Assembly: GCA_965220745.1 (NCBI GenBank)
Contig: CBDCQT010000010.1
Span: forward strand, 416,001 to 480,000
DNA length: 64,000 nucleotides
Source: Alphaproteobacteria bacterium
GTDB taxonomy: Bacteria > Pseudomonadota > Alphaproteobacteria > UBA828
Reading direction: 5' to 3'
Shown piece after piece: positions 48,315 through 57,925 of the stretch. The translations under genes were made by a program, and so were the position numbers. Numbering within the stretch: the first letter of the stretch is position 1; each line of letters starts with the position of its first letter. The notes under the pieces were generated by a model. That model did not search any database and was not told where the DNA came from. It saw only the letters and a list, made by a program, of their open reading frames with translations.

Positions 48315-49505
48315 ATGGAGCGCGACGCGCCGCTGATCTTTCTGATCGCGGGCGAGCCGTCCGGCGACCTCATCGCTTCCCGCCTGATGGAGGCGCTCAA
48401 GCGGTGCACGGGTGATCGAGTCCGTTTCGCTGGCATCGGCGGCCCTCTCATGGCCGAGCAAGGGCTGGAGAGCCTGTTTCCCTACTCCGAGCTGTCGTTG
48501 ATGGGGCTTCTGGAAATCGTCCCCCACGTGCCACGGATGCTCGGGCGCATTCGAGCCACGGCGCGCACGGCCCGCCGGTTGCGGCCGGCGGCCTTTGTCT
48601 CGGTCGACGTGCCGGGATTTGCGCTCAGGGTCGCGCGAAAGCTGAAGGGGGCAAGTTTTCCCCTGGTTCACTACGTGGCGCCGACCGTTTGGGCCTATAG
48701 GCCGGGGCGCGCAGCCGAGGTCGCGCGTTATCTCGACCACGTGCTCTGCCTGTTCCCGTTCGAGCCGCCCTATTTCGAGGCCGTGGGCCTGGATGCCAGC
48801 TTCGTCGGCCATCCTCTGCTGGAGGAGCCCATCGGCGAGGCCGACGGGCCGGACCTCCGTGCCCGCCTCGGCTTCACGCCCGACCAACCGGTGCTTGCCG
48901 TCCTGCCGGGCAGCCGCGCCAGCGAGCTGCGCCGGCACCAGCCGGTATTCGGGGAGACCGTGCGCACTCTTTGCCGGCGCATCGAGGGGCTCCGCATCCT
49001 GGTGCCGACGCTGCCGCAGAACCGCGCAGTCGTGACCGCCAAGACCGCGTCATGGGCCGCACCCGTGACCGTCGTAGAGGGCAAGGCCGAGAAATACGCC
49101 GCCTTCGCCGCCAGCGACGCGGCGCTCACGGTCTCCGGCATGGCAACGCTGGAACTCGCGCTCGCGGCCGTTCCCATGATCGTCTGCTACCGGGCGAACC
49201 CGCTCACCGCGGCGATCGCACAGCGCATCCTCCTGGTGGATCACATCGCGATGCCCAACATCATCGCGGACCGCCGCGCGGCGCCGGAATTCGTGCAGCG
49301 CCAATGCTCTCCGCGGCGTCTGGTTCCCGCCGTCGAGGAGCTGCTGCTCGATACCGACCGCCAGCGCGAGCAGATCGAGAGCTTTCGCGAGATCGCCGCC
49401 CGGCTCGGGCGCGGCGGAACGCCACCGAGCGAGCGTGCCGCCGAGGTCGTCCTGAACCTCATCGAAGCCGGCGCGGGGCGCCGGCAGAGCCGCACCGCAA
49501 CCTGA
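48315..49505 (+). CDS. lpxB: Lipid-A-disaccharide synthase
   Basis: AGEPSGD, HYVAPTVWA, LFPFE, FVGHPL, LPGSR. Confidence 0.95.
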   Translation: MERDAPLIFLIAGEPSGDLIASRLMEALKRCTGDRVRFAGIGGPLMAEQGLESLFPYSELSLMGLLEIVPHVPRMLGRIRATARTARRLRPAAFVSVDVPGFALRVARKLKGASFPLVHYVAPTVWAYRPGRAAEVARYLDHVLCLFPFEPPYFEAVGLDASFVGHPLLEEPIGEADGPDLRARLGFTPDQPVLAVLPGSRASELRRHQPVFGETVRTLCRRIEGLRILVPTLPQNRAVVTAKTASWAAPVTVVEGKAEKYAAFAASDAALTVSGMATLELALAAVPMIVCYRANPLTAAIAQRILLVDHIAMPNIIADRRAAPEFVQRQCSPRRLVPAVEELLLDTDRQREQIESFREIAARLGRGGTPPSERAAEVVLNLIEAGAGRRQSRTAT

Positions 49506-49513
49506 CGCCCGCA

Positions 49514-50416
49514 ATGACACTTTCTCTCGTCCTCATCCTCATCGCCGGCATCAATTTCAGTCTGCTGATCCCGGTCAACAAGATTGCGGGCGACGCCGGC
49601 TTCCCCAATTTCGCCTATGTGTTCTGGTATGCACTCGGCGCCGGGTTGGTTCTTCTGGGACCGGCAATCGCCCGGCGCGAGCTGCCGCAACTCACCTGGC
49701 CCCACATCAGGCTCTATTTCGTGAGCGCCGCCCTGGGCTTCGCTTTCCCCTTTGCGCTGCTCGCCTTTGTCGTGACCAAGCTGCCCTCCGGCGTCACCGT
49801 GCTGCTGCTTACGCTGACCCCGGTCTTCACCTATGCGCTCGCGGTTGTTTTCCGGCTCGATCGCTTTCGCCTGATCAGCGCGGCGGGCCTGCTGACAGCC
49901 GTCGCAGGTGTCCTTTTAATCGTCATTCCGGGGGAAAGCCTGCCTGCACCCAACATGGCGGTGTGGTTCGTCATCGCGCTGTTGATTCCCTTCGGGTTCG
50001 GCGCGCTCAACGTGTTCGTCGAGCGCTTCCGTCCGCCTGAGTCATCTTCGCTCGGCCTTGCGATCGGCAACCTCTTCGCTGGCGCGCTGCTTCTTGTCCC
50101 CTTCTTGCCGGCAACCGGGCAGCTTTACCTCTTCCCCGGGCCGGACCTGGACGGCGACCTCTCGCTCGTCGCCGCGGTCGTCATCAACGCCATCATGTGG
50201 CCGATGTTCTACGTGATCGTGCGCCGTGCCGGCGCCTCGCTCTTCTCCGTCATGAACATCATCGGCGTGGTCGGCGGCATCGGATGGGGCATTCTCTTCT
50301 TCGACGAGACCCATTCGGCCTACGTGTGGGGAGCGGCGGCGCTGATGCTCGCCGCCTTCGTCATGATGGTGATCGGATCGGTTCTGTCTCGCCGGCGCAG
50401 CGTCCGCGCCGAATGA
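49514..50416 (+). CDS. DMT/EamA family transporter
   Basis: About 10 TM helices in two repeats, ~300 aa. Confidence 0.82.
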   Translation: MTLSLVLILIAGINFSLLIPVNKIAGDAGFPNFAYVFWYALGAGLVLLGPAIARRELPQLTWPHIRLYFVSAALGFAFPFALLAFVVTKLPSGVTVLLLTLTPVFTYALAVVFRLDRFRLISAAGLLTAVAGVLLIVIPGESLPAPNMAVWFVIALLIPFGFGALNVFVERFRPPESSSLGLAIGNLFAGALLLVPFLPATGQLYLFPGPDLDGDLSLVAAVVINAIMWPMFYVIVRRAGASLFSVMNIIGVVGGIGWGILFFDETHSAYVWGAAALMLAAFVMMVIGSVLSRRRSVRAE

Positions 50417-50517
50417 GCGCCCGCCGCCGGGCATGGTGTGAGGCTCGCGCCACGGCCGCCGCCAGCGCGCTATGCGGAACTCCCTGAGACACCGCTCACG
50501 AATCCACGGGACGTCGA

Positions 50518-51699
50518 TCAGGGCGAGGACGTTTCCCGAGCAAACGAACTTGCTCTGCCCTCGATATCCTCAATTGTGAGTGTCTGGCTTCCTACTTGGA
50601 ACAACAAATTGATGCAGATAGGAATAGGGTTGCTGATGTTGTCAGCATAGACCACCCCAGAAATATCGGTTTCTCCCGCGTCTCGACAACCTATCAGTAA
50701 GTCATCTTGAAGTCGTACGGTGGCGCCAGGCTGTATCTTTCCGAAAATGCATTTGACTTTCCATGCTTCCCCCTCTTTGGTGACAAACACGTCATTTTTT
50801 TCAAAGATAGATCGAACATTATGTGCAAATGCTAGATTACTGGAACTCGGCTTGTGAGGTCGATTTTGAGAAGTCAAAAGTTCGTATCTTCCCTCCGGAT
50901 CATTTAGTCCGATTTCTAGGATTACATCGTGAATAACGGTCCCTGCTGTGTTTCGAATTTCGAGCGAGATAGGAAAATACACCGCTGTGCGGAGGTAGAC
51001 TGCCGCTTCCCGCAAGAAATCGGCATTAACGTGAGGGTCATTTGTCACGAACTCGACATTGCCTATTCTGAAGCCGCCTTGCGGCCGATAATCAGGAATC
51101 TCTTCGCCGATCGGAATGTTGTACCAAGTACTATGATCGATGGAGACATGGTCGCCCAAGTTCTCACCTGTACTTCTATCAACGAGGTAGAGCTCGACGG
51201 ACGGCCGTCCCACCCAGTCGACGTCCACCGTACCCATGCGCGCTATTTCATCCGGCTTCGCGGTGTCAGTGGAGCTGCCTCTGCGAAGATATACGGCCTC
51301 CTTCCTTACTTTACCGTAGTCAATTCTGGAGTAGATCGGACGGGTCTGGACGGGGATATGTATGATCCCAACAGTGTGGCCATCGTGACGCACTTCACGA
51401 TATGAAAATGTCACTGGAATTTGGGTCTTGCTATTCACAAACTGTTGGAGTTTCGCGTCGTCGAGATGTGAATTAATACCAACAACCTTATTCTTGCTTG
51501 CACGAACTTCTCCCACACCAATTAGGATGTATGCATCAGTACGGCGAAATGCGTTCACGAATGCGAGGATATCCTTTAGCAGTTCGCTCTTGTCTTCCTT
51601 GTTGGCTCCTTCAAACTTGTACTGATCTCGCTTGAAGTCTAGTGATGTTCCTTCTTCCTCATGGAGCAGGAATTCGATCTGATCTGGTGTCATGCTCAT
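50518..51699 (-). CDS. Schlafen/AlbA_2-domain protein with beta-rich C-terminal domain (candidate anti-phage nuclease)
   Basis: EEEGTSLDFKRD, LLKDILAFVNA, YILIGV, YLRRGSS; visibly AT-rich relative to the flanks. Confidence 0.82.
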   Translation of the reverse strand: MSMTPDQIEFLLHEEEGTSLDFKRDQYKFEGANKEDKSELLKDILAFVNAFRRTDAYILIGVGEVRASKNKVVGINSHLDDAKLQQFVNSKTQIPVTFSYREVRHDGHTVGIIHIPVQTRPIYSRIDYGKVRKEAVYLRRGSSTDTAKPDEIARMGTVDVDWVGRPSVELYLVDRSTGENLGDHVSIDHSTWYNIPIGEEIPDYRPQGGFRIGNVEFVTNDPHVNADFLREAAVYLRTAVYFPISLEIRNTAGTVIHDVILEIGLNDPEGRYELLTSQNRPHKPSSSNLAFAHNVRSIFEKNDVFVTKEGEAWKVKCIFGKIQPGATVRLQDDLLIGCRDAGETDISGVVYADNISNPIPICINLLFQVGSQTLTIEDIEGRASSFARETSSP

Positions 51700-52043
51700 A
51701 AACTACGCGGCAGTTCAGACGTTGGGGACGACATCATAGGGATAGAGCAGACGAAATCACAGTGGAAGGAGGTATATTGCCGCGATGCGGATAAAGGCCT
51801 GTGGCACCATTCTGATCTCAACTCAGGACGAGTCGATCACGTAGCCGAACTTCGCCTTGAGCCGCTGGCTGGCTTCGAAATACGTGCGAAGTGGATCGCT
51901 CTCCGCACGATTTCAGCTGGTCGCCTCGTGCTGCTACGGCTGACAGTCACCACGCGCACCGTCAGCTGCCGGCTGCATCGAGACTAGCCCTGTCCGGTAT
52001 TCTTGCGGGCCTGTGGCGGGGCAAAGCCCCCTGTAACGTCCGG

Positions 52044-52075
52044 CGGCGCGGCCTGCCGGGACGGGCCGCGCGCCG
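52044..52075 (-). terminator. GC-rich hairpin downstream of the cold-shock gene
   Basis: CGGCGCGGCCTG...CGGGCCGCGCGCCG inverted repeat; no clear U-tract. Confidence 0.35.
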
Positions 52076-52088
52076 TTGGCGAACGGCT

Positions 52089-52637
52089 TCAGATCAGCTC
52101 GATGCTGGTTGCCTGCGGCCCGCGCGGGCCTTGCGTGATCTCCAGCCGCACGCGCTGCTGAGGCTCCAGATCGTCGAGACCGGACCGGGCAAGGACTTTG
52201 GCATGGACGAAGACGTCCTGCCCGCCGCTGTCCGGCGTCACGAAGCCGTAGCTCTTGCCGACGTTATAGAACTTGACCGTGCCCTCGATCTCCTCGGTCG
52301 GGCCCATGGGCTCGTTGTAACGCCGGGCCTGGAAGCCTCCGGGGCCGGGGCGGCGCGGTCGGTCGCCCCGCGGGGGCATGACGGTCGCGGTCGACGTGTC
52401 GACATTGAGAATCTGCGAAACCTGGGGGCCCTTTTGCCCTTGCACGATCTCGCAGCTGACGGTGGCCCCCTGGGGCAGCGTGTCGAAGCCCGCCCGCTCG
52501 ACCGCAGAGACGTGGCAGAAGACGTCTGGCGAGCCGTCGTCGGGTACGAGGAAGCCGAACCCCTTGGTCGGGTTGAACCACTTGACCTGGGCCGTGATTG
52601 AGCCGCCTTCGCTGGGCGGCGAACCGATGTCTGACAT
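52089..52637 (-). CDS. Tandem two-domain cold-shock protein
   Basis: VKWFNPTKGFGF/DVFCHVS and VKFYNVGKSYGF/DVFVHA; alternative start at 52709. Confidence 0.92.
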   Translation of the reverse strand: MSDIGSPPSEGGSITAQVKWFNPTKGFGFLVPDDGSPDVFCHVSAVERAGFDTLPQGATVSCEIVQGQKGPQVSQILNVDTSTATVMPPRGDRPRRPGPGGFQARRYNEPMGPTEEIEGTVKFYNVGKSYGFVTPDSGGQDVFVHAKVLARSGLDDLEPQQRVRLEITQGPRGPQATSIELI

Positions 52638-52876
52638 GATGGACCAACTTATTTTCTGTGGGACGGGCGCTTCGGCGGGTTGCCCCGCTTCGTTTAGATG
52701 ACCCATCATAGCGGCTTCCGCGCCGCCTCCCCATCCGATTCTGCGTATTTCGAACGGTTCAGTGCGAATTTCTCATGAGGCGATTTCAGCCTCCGAACGC
52801 AACACATTGACGGCATGGGCCGCACCGCCTTACCGTCCGCATCGAACCGCGCAACGCCGTCAGGGAGGCTGCAACC

Positions 52877-53809
52877 ATGTCGGAATCGAAGGGAATCGCC
52901 TATTGCCACGGACAGTACATGCCGATCGAGGAGGCATCGATACCCATCCTCGACCCGGCCTTCCACAAGAGCGACGTGGTGTTCGACGCGGTCACGGTGT
53001 GTGACGACGCGTTCTTCCGCCTCGACGATCACATGGACCGCTTCTACGCCTCGTGTGAGCACGTCCGGCTCACGCCGCCCATGTCCGATGCGCAGATCAG
53101 GAGCGTCATGGCGCAATGCGTCCACCGCGCGGGCCTCTCGGACTCGATTGTTTACGTGCTCTGCACGCGCGGACGCTACGCCGGCGGTGCCGCCTTTGGC
53201 GACCCGCGCACCGCCGAGAACGAGCTGATCGCCTACGCGGTGCCCTTCTACACCATCGTCGCCGAGCCGAAGATGAAGTCAGGCGCCCACCTCTGGATCG
53301 CCCAGACCCGCCGCGCGCCTGACGCTGCCATCAACCAAAAGTGCAAGAACTTCAACCGGATGGATCTCACAGCCGCTCATTTCGAGGCGCTCGACGCCGG
53401 CGCCGACCAGCCCGTTCTTCTCTCGACTGACGGCTATGTCACCGAAGGACCCGGCTTCAACGTCTGGATCATCCGGGACGGCAAGGCGCTCACCCCCGGC
53501 GACAACCTGCTGGAGGGGATCACCCGCAAGACCGTGTTCGATCTCTGCCAGGACATCGGCCTGGAAGCCGAGGCCACCGACCTCCGGCCCGAAGAGCTGG
53601 AGGACGCCGGCGAGGCCTTCATCTCGTCCTCAGCCGGCGGGGTCGTCCCGGTCGTCCGCGTCAACGACAAGCCCATCGGCAACGGCGCGCCGGGCATCAC
53701 CACCGGCCGCCTCACCGACCTCTATTGGGCCAAGCGCGCAGACGGCTGGCACTCGACGCCGGTGGCCGACCTGCTGGAGCCCGAAGAAGAGCAGGCCGCG
53801 AGCGCCTAG
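52877..53809 (+). CDS. PLP fold-type IV aminotransferase, (R)-amine transaminase-like
   Basis: SDVVFD, FRLDDHMDRF, TRG, KNF, EGPGFN, LEGITR, SSAGG. Confidence 0.85.
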   Translation: MSESKGIAYCHGQYMPIEEASIPILDPAFHKSDVVFDAVTVCDDAFFRLDDHMDRFYASCEHVRLTPPMSDAQIRSVMAQCVHRAGLSDSIVYVLCTRGRYAGGAAFGDPRTAENELIAYAVPFYTIVAEPKMKSGAHLWIAQTRRAPDAAINQKCKNFNRMDLTAAHFEALDAGADQPVLLSTDGYVTEGPGFNVWIIRDGKALTPGDNLLEGITRKTVFDLCQDIGLEAEATDLRPEELEDAGEAFISSSAGGVVPVVRVNDKPIGNGAPGITTGRLTDLYWAKRADGWHSTPVADLLEPEEEQAASA

Positions 53810-54564
53810 GGACGGGCGCCGAGGCGCTCCAGCGAGGCCGGGGCGACGGAAAAAATTTCCCCCCAGCCGGAGATACGGCTCGGGTCGACGCCGGCAAGCG
53901 CGAGCGTCCCCCACAGCGCCGCCGCCACGCTGTCGTAGACGGGCCGGCCGCATTCCGCCTCCAGCGCCTGGGCGTGAGGCGCACCGTTGAGGTTCGTGCA
54001 GACCGCAGCGATCGCCTCGGGCTCCGCGCCCACCACCTCACGGATCATGCCCTCGGTCGTCGCAGGCGGGATGGACGCGTAGCCGAAGGTATCGTCGCTG
54101 TCGAGGTGACGCTCGGCCACACACTCGAAGCCCTCGCGCCGATAGGTGTCGACGATGGCCTCCTGCAGTGCGTCCTCGAACGGCGTGACCAGGGCGAAGC
54201 GCTTGACTCCCCGGCTGCGGAAAAGCTCGGCCAGCGCCAACGTCGCGCTGGTCGCCGGAATGCCGGTCTCCCGTGCGATCGCCTCGCAGAGCCGGCGGTC
54301 GAAGTCGGGGCCGAGCCAACTGCCGGCGGTGCCGTTCCAGCAGATTGCGTGGACGCGGGCGTCCGCCAGCATGCGCGCAGCGGCGAGCATGGGCTCGTCG
54401 GCGAACTGGGCCGCCGAGTCCTCGCCGAGCGAGATTTGGGACACCCGCACTCGGCTGAAATGCGCCGTCACATCGGGCAAATCCGCGAGCAGAGCGTAGG
54501 TCACGGGCTCCAGCACCGTGTTGAGCGACGGCGTGATCATGCCGAGGCGCGTGTGATTGCTCAT
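53806..54564 (-). CDS. Asp/Glu racemase / maleate isomerase family protein
   Basis: LGMITPSLNTVLEP, CWNGTAGSWLG, VTPF, VCTNL, YDS. Confidence 0.85.
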   Translation of the reverse strand: MSNHTRLGMITPSLNTVLEPVTYALLADLPDVTAHFSRVRVSQISLGEDSAAQFADEPMLAAARMLADARVHAICWNGTAGSWLGPDFDRRLCEAIARETGIPATSATLALAELFRSRGVKRFALVTPFEDALQEAIVDTYRREGFECVAERHLDSDDTFGYASIPPATTEGMIREVVGAEPEAIAAVCTNLNGAPHAQALEAECGRPVYDSVAAALWGTLALAGVDPSRISGWGEIFSVAPASLERLGARP

Positions 54565-54583
54565 GGACTTCTCCGTTCCGGCG

Positions 54584-56146
54584 CTACGGCGCGCCGACGC
54601 TGGCGTTGGGGGACATGACGTGGGCGGCGCCGGTCGCGGTGCCGCTCTCGGGATCCCAGACGACGGCATTGGGGCAGGCGTAGGCGGACGGATGCACGCC
54701 GTGCGGCCGTGCCGCGAGCGGGAACCGGGCCTCGAGCGAGGCCAGCGTCTCCGCCGATAACCGGGTATCCGCCTCGACCAAGTCGCTGCCGTCCACATTG
54801 ATGCGCGGGCAGTGCGCAGCGTCGTCCAGGCTCATACCGAAGTCCACGAGGAAGGAGAGCAGCTGCGCGACGGCGGGGAGGATGCGGCGCCCGCCGGAGG
54901 CGCCGAGCGCCGCACGCCTGCCGTCCGCGAACTCGACGATCGTCGGGCACATGTTGGAGAGCGGCCGCTTGCCGGGTGCGATGGAGTTGGGGCCGCCGGG
55001 CCGGGGGTCGAACCACATGATCCCGTTGTTCATCAGGATCCCGGTCTCAGGCAGCATCACCTTAGCGCCGAAGGGGGACAGCAGGGTCTGGGTCAGCGCA
55101 ACCACGGTGCCGTCGCGATCAGCCGCGCCGAGATGGCTGGTGCAGGACGCGCGGTCGGCATCGGTGCCCGCGCCCATGCCCCGAAGCCGCTCAGCGTACG
55201 CCGCCTGCAGGGCCTCGGCGTAAGCCACGTAGGCCGCGCTGTCGGGCGCCTCGCCCGAAGCCAGAGAGGCCGCAAGACGGTCAAGCACGTCCACCAGCGT
55301 CGGCCCTGCGGTCAGACCGGGCGCGGTCCCGATCCGAGCATCGCGGTAGCTGGTCTCGGGCGCCTCCTCAATGGTGGCCTCGTAGTTCGCGAGATCAGCG
55401 GCGGAGAGACGCCCGCCGAGCGCCGCCATGTCGGCACTGATGGCCTGCGCGATCTCGCCCGTGTAGAAGTCCCGAGGCCCGGCCTCGGCGAGCCGGCGCA
55501 GGGTCTCCGCAAGCCGGCCCAACCGGACACGGGGCGCATCCCCGGTCCAGGGCGTGGTCAGCGGGAATCCGTCCGCCAGATACGTGGCGGCGCAGCCGGT
55601 GTCCTGCGCAAGCTCCGGCGCCGACGCTGCGATCGCGACGGTGGCGTGCCAGTCCACTTCCATGCCCCGCTCCGCCAGCGCGCACGCGGGCGCCACCAGG
55701 TCGGCCCAGCTGCGAGTGCCGAAACGCTCGTGAGCACGCGCAAGGCCCGCGACCTGCCCCGGCACCGCGACCGCGAACGGGCCGCGCAGATTGCGGTCCT
55801 CAAACACCGCCGGCCAACCGAACAGATCCGCGCCGGACTCACCCGTGAGCGGGTAGTCCGCCGGGTCCAGCGCGCCCGGCGCCACCATTCCGAAGGAGAC
55901 GGCGTGCGTCCGGGCCTCACCTGCGGGGCGGACCAGCATGTACCCGCCGCCGCCGAGCCCGCTCATCCAAGGCTCGACCGTTGCCAGCGCGAGGCTCGCG
56001 GCGATGGCGGCGTCGACCGCATTGCCGCCGTCGGCCAGCACGCGCGCGCCGACCTCCGATGCGGCCTGGTGCTGGGTCGCGACCACGCCGCCCAGGCTCG
56101 CCACCGCAGGCTTGCGCACGAGCCAGCGTTCGGGCTGCTCCGTCAC
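54584..56146 (-). CDS. ggt: Gamma-glutamyltransferase family (Ntn hydrolase)
   Basis: GGNAVDAAIA, EPWMSGLGGGG, AVPG, CTSH nucleophile, PGKRPLSNM. Confidence 0.88.
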   Translation of the reverse strand: MTEQPERWLVRKPAVASLGGVVATQHQAASEVGARVLADGGNAVDAAIAASLALATVEPWMSGLGGGGYMLVRPAGEARTHAVSFGMVAPGALDPADYPLTGESGADLFGWPAVFEDRNLRGPFAVAVPGQVAGLARAHERFGTRSWADLVAPACALAERGMEVDWHATVAIAASAPELAQDTGCAATYLADGFPLTTPWTGDAPRVRLGRLAETLRRLAEAGPRDFYTGEIAQAISADMAALGGRLSAADLANYEATIEEAPETSYRDARIGTAPGLTAGPTLVDVLDRLAASLASGEAPDSAAYVAYAEALQAAYAERLRGMGAGTDADRASCTSHLGAADRDGTVVALTQTLLSPFGAKVMLPETGILMNNGIMWFDPRPGGPNSIAPGKRPLSNMCPTIVEFADGRRAALGASGGRRILPAVAQLLSFLVDFGMSLDDAAHCPRINVDGSDLVEADTRLSAETLASLEARFPLAARPHGVHPSAYACPNAVVWDPESGTATGAAHVMSPNASVGAP

Positions 56147-56192
56147 CGCCGTATCTCCCGACTGCTGCAAGGTCGGCCGGGTACTGCTGCCG

Positions 56193-57758
56193 TTACACGC
56201 TCTGCCAATCCGCGCTCTTCTCCACCGCGTCCGCAACCTTGAGCACCGTGAGGTCGTCGAAGTGGCGGCCGACGATCTGGAATCCGATGGGCAGGTCGTC
56301 GCTCACGCCGCAGGGCACGCTGATCGCGGGATGGCCGGTCAGGTTGAACTGCGGCGTGTTGTTGATCATGCCGAGCGCGCGCGACATGTACTCCCCGAAG
56401 TCGGCATCCAGGCTCGGGATCGGCGCGGCCAGGTGCGGAATGGTCGGCAGCACCAGCACGTCCACGTCGGCGAGCGCCTTGTCATAGGCTGCGGTCAGCC
56501 GCCCCCGTTGGTTCTGCGCCTTCGCGTAGTAGGTGCCGTGGTAGTAGCGCTTGAGGTACCCGCCCAGCAGCAGCACGTTCTTCACGGTGTGCGGATAGTC
56601 GTTCTGGCGCGTCTTTGCGGCCCGCGACGCATGCTCCAGGAACTGCGTGTCGTAATAGCCGAACCAGCCGGTGCCGACCCCTGCGTTCTTCAGCATGAAC
56701 TCGGTTGCGCCCTCGGCCGCGATCGCGAACCAGAGCCTGAGCCCGTGGTAGTGCTCGGGCACCGAGACCTCGGTGACCTGGGCGCCCCGCTCCTCCAGCC
56801 GGCGCACCGTGGCGCGGACCGCATCGTCCACCGCCGGCACGCTCCCCGGCAGGCCGAACTCGGGCCAGGTCTCTTCGGTCTGGCCGAAGCCCTCGGTGAG
56901 CACGCCGACGCGGATGCCCTCGCAGCCTGCGCCGATCGCCGGCATGTAGTCCTGCACGTAGTCCGCCGGGATCACGCCCCGCTGGCGCGGATCGAGCGGG
57001 TCGGGCCCGGCGAGGACCGAGAGCATGCGGGCGCAGTTCTCCACGGTGTTCGTCATCGGGCCGATATGATCGAGGGTCATCTCGATCGCGAGGCACCCGG
57101 TATAAGGGATGAGGCCGTAGCTCGCCTTGAGGCCGACCACGCCGCACCAGGACGCGGGGATGCGGATCGAGCCGCCCTGATCGCCGCCGATCGCCATGGC
57201 CACGTCGCCCGCGGCCACCGCCGCGGCACTCCCCTTGGACGAACCGCCGGGCGCATGGGTGGGCTTGCGCGGATTGCGCACGGGCCCGTAGCCGCTGGTG
57301 TGGCCGCCGCCCGAGAAGGAGAAGTCGGCGCAGGCCGTCTTGCCGACGATGGTGGCGCCTGCGTCGAGCATGCGGGTCACGATGGTGGCGTCGATGGTGG
57401 GCACGTAGCCTTCGAGGGCGCGCGAGCCGTTCATCATCGGGACGCCGGCGAGCGAGACCACGTCCTTGACGCCGATCTCCTCGCCCGCGAGCGGCCCTGA
57501 GTCCGCGCCCTTGACGTCGGCCCGCCAATACCAGGCGTTGTAGGGGTTCTCGTCCGGGTGCGGTCGGTAGCCGGAGGTGCGCGGATAGGCGACGGCTGGC
57601 CGCTCCTCCGGCATGTCGTCGATATGGCGCAGGCTCGCGATGGCGCCCCGCATGGCCTCCCGCTGGTTCGTCACGTCCTCCAGCGTCATGTCGAGCATGA
57701 AATCCTGGGCGACGGCGGCGAGCTGATTGACGGAGGGAAGTTCCGGACCGCGGGACAT
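56193..57758 (-). CDS. Amidase (amidase signature family)
   Basis: GVKD, PGGSSKGS, GDQGGSIRIPAS, NLTGHPAISVP. Confidence 0.92.
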   Translation of the reverse strand: MSRGPELPSVNQLAAVAQDFMLDMTLEDVTNQREAMRGAIASLRHIDDMPEERPAVAYPRTSGYRPHPDENPYNAWYWRADVKGADSGPLAGEEIGVKDVVSLAGVPMMNGSRALEGYVPTIDATIVTRMLDAGATIVGKTACADFSFSGGGHTSGYGPVRNPRKPTHAPGGSSKGSAAAVAAGDVAMAIGGDQGGSIRIPASWCGVVGLKASYGLIPYTGCLAIEMTLDHIGPMTNTVENCARMLSVLAGPDPLDPRQRGVIPADYVQDYMPAIGAGCEGIRVGVLTEGFGQTEETWPEFGLPGSVPAVDDAVRATVRRLEERGAQVTEVSVPEHYHGLRLWFAIAAEGATEFMLKNAGVGTGWFGYYDTQFLEHASRAAKTRQNDYPHTVKNVLLLGGYLKRYYHGTYYAKAQNQRGRLTAAYDKALADVDVLVLPTIPHLAAPIPSLDADFGEYMSRALGMINNTPQFNLTGHPAISVPCGVSDDLPIGFQIVGRHFDDLTVLKVADAVEKSADWQSV

Positions 57759-57925
57759 GGGGGCCTCGTTCGTGTCTGTGGGATGAGTGCGGTCGATCCT
57801 AGGCCGGCCAACCATCGGCGACAACGACGCGCGCGGTGCCGGTCCCCGTGGCCGGGGGCCAAGGCCGCGGCTACCATGGCGAAGGAACCATGCGGACAAA
57901 CCTTTCGAATCGGGGCTGAGGGGCG

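Noticed and set aside
51800-51915. Minus-strand fragment DPLRTYFEASQRLKAKFGYVIDSS* upstream of the Schlafen gene
   Set aside because: No start codon and too short to assign; may be a gene remnant but is unsupported.
51983-51991. CTAGCCC resembling the MITE terminus
   Set aside because: Only 7 bp match; the rest of the TIR is absent.
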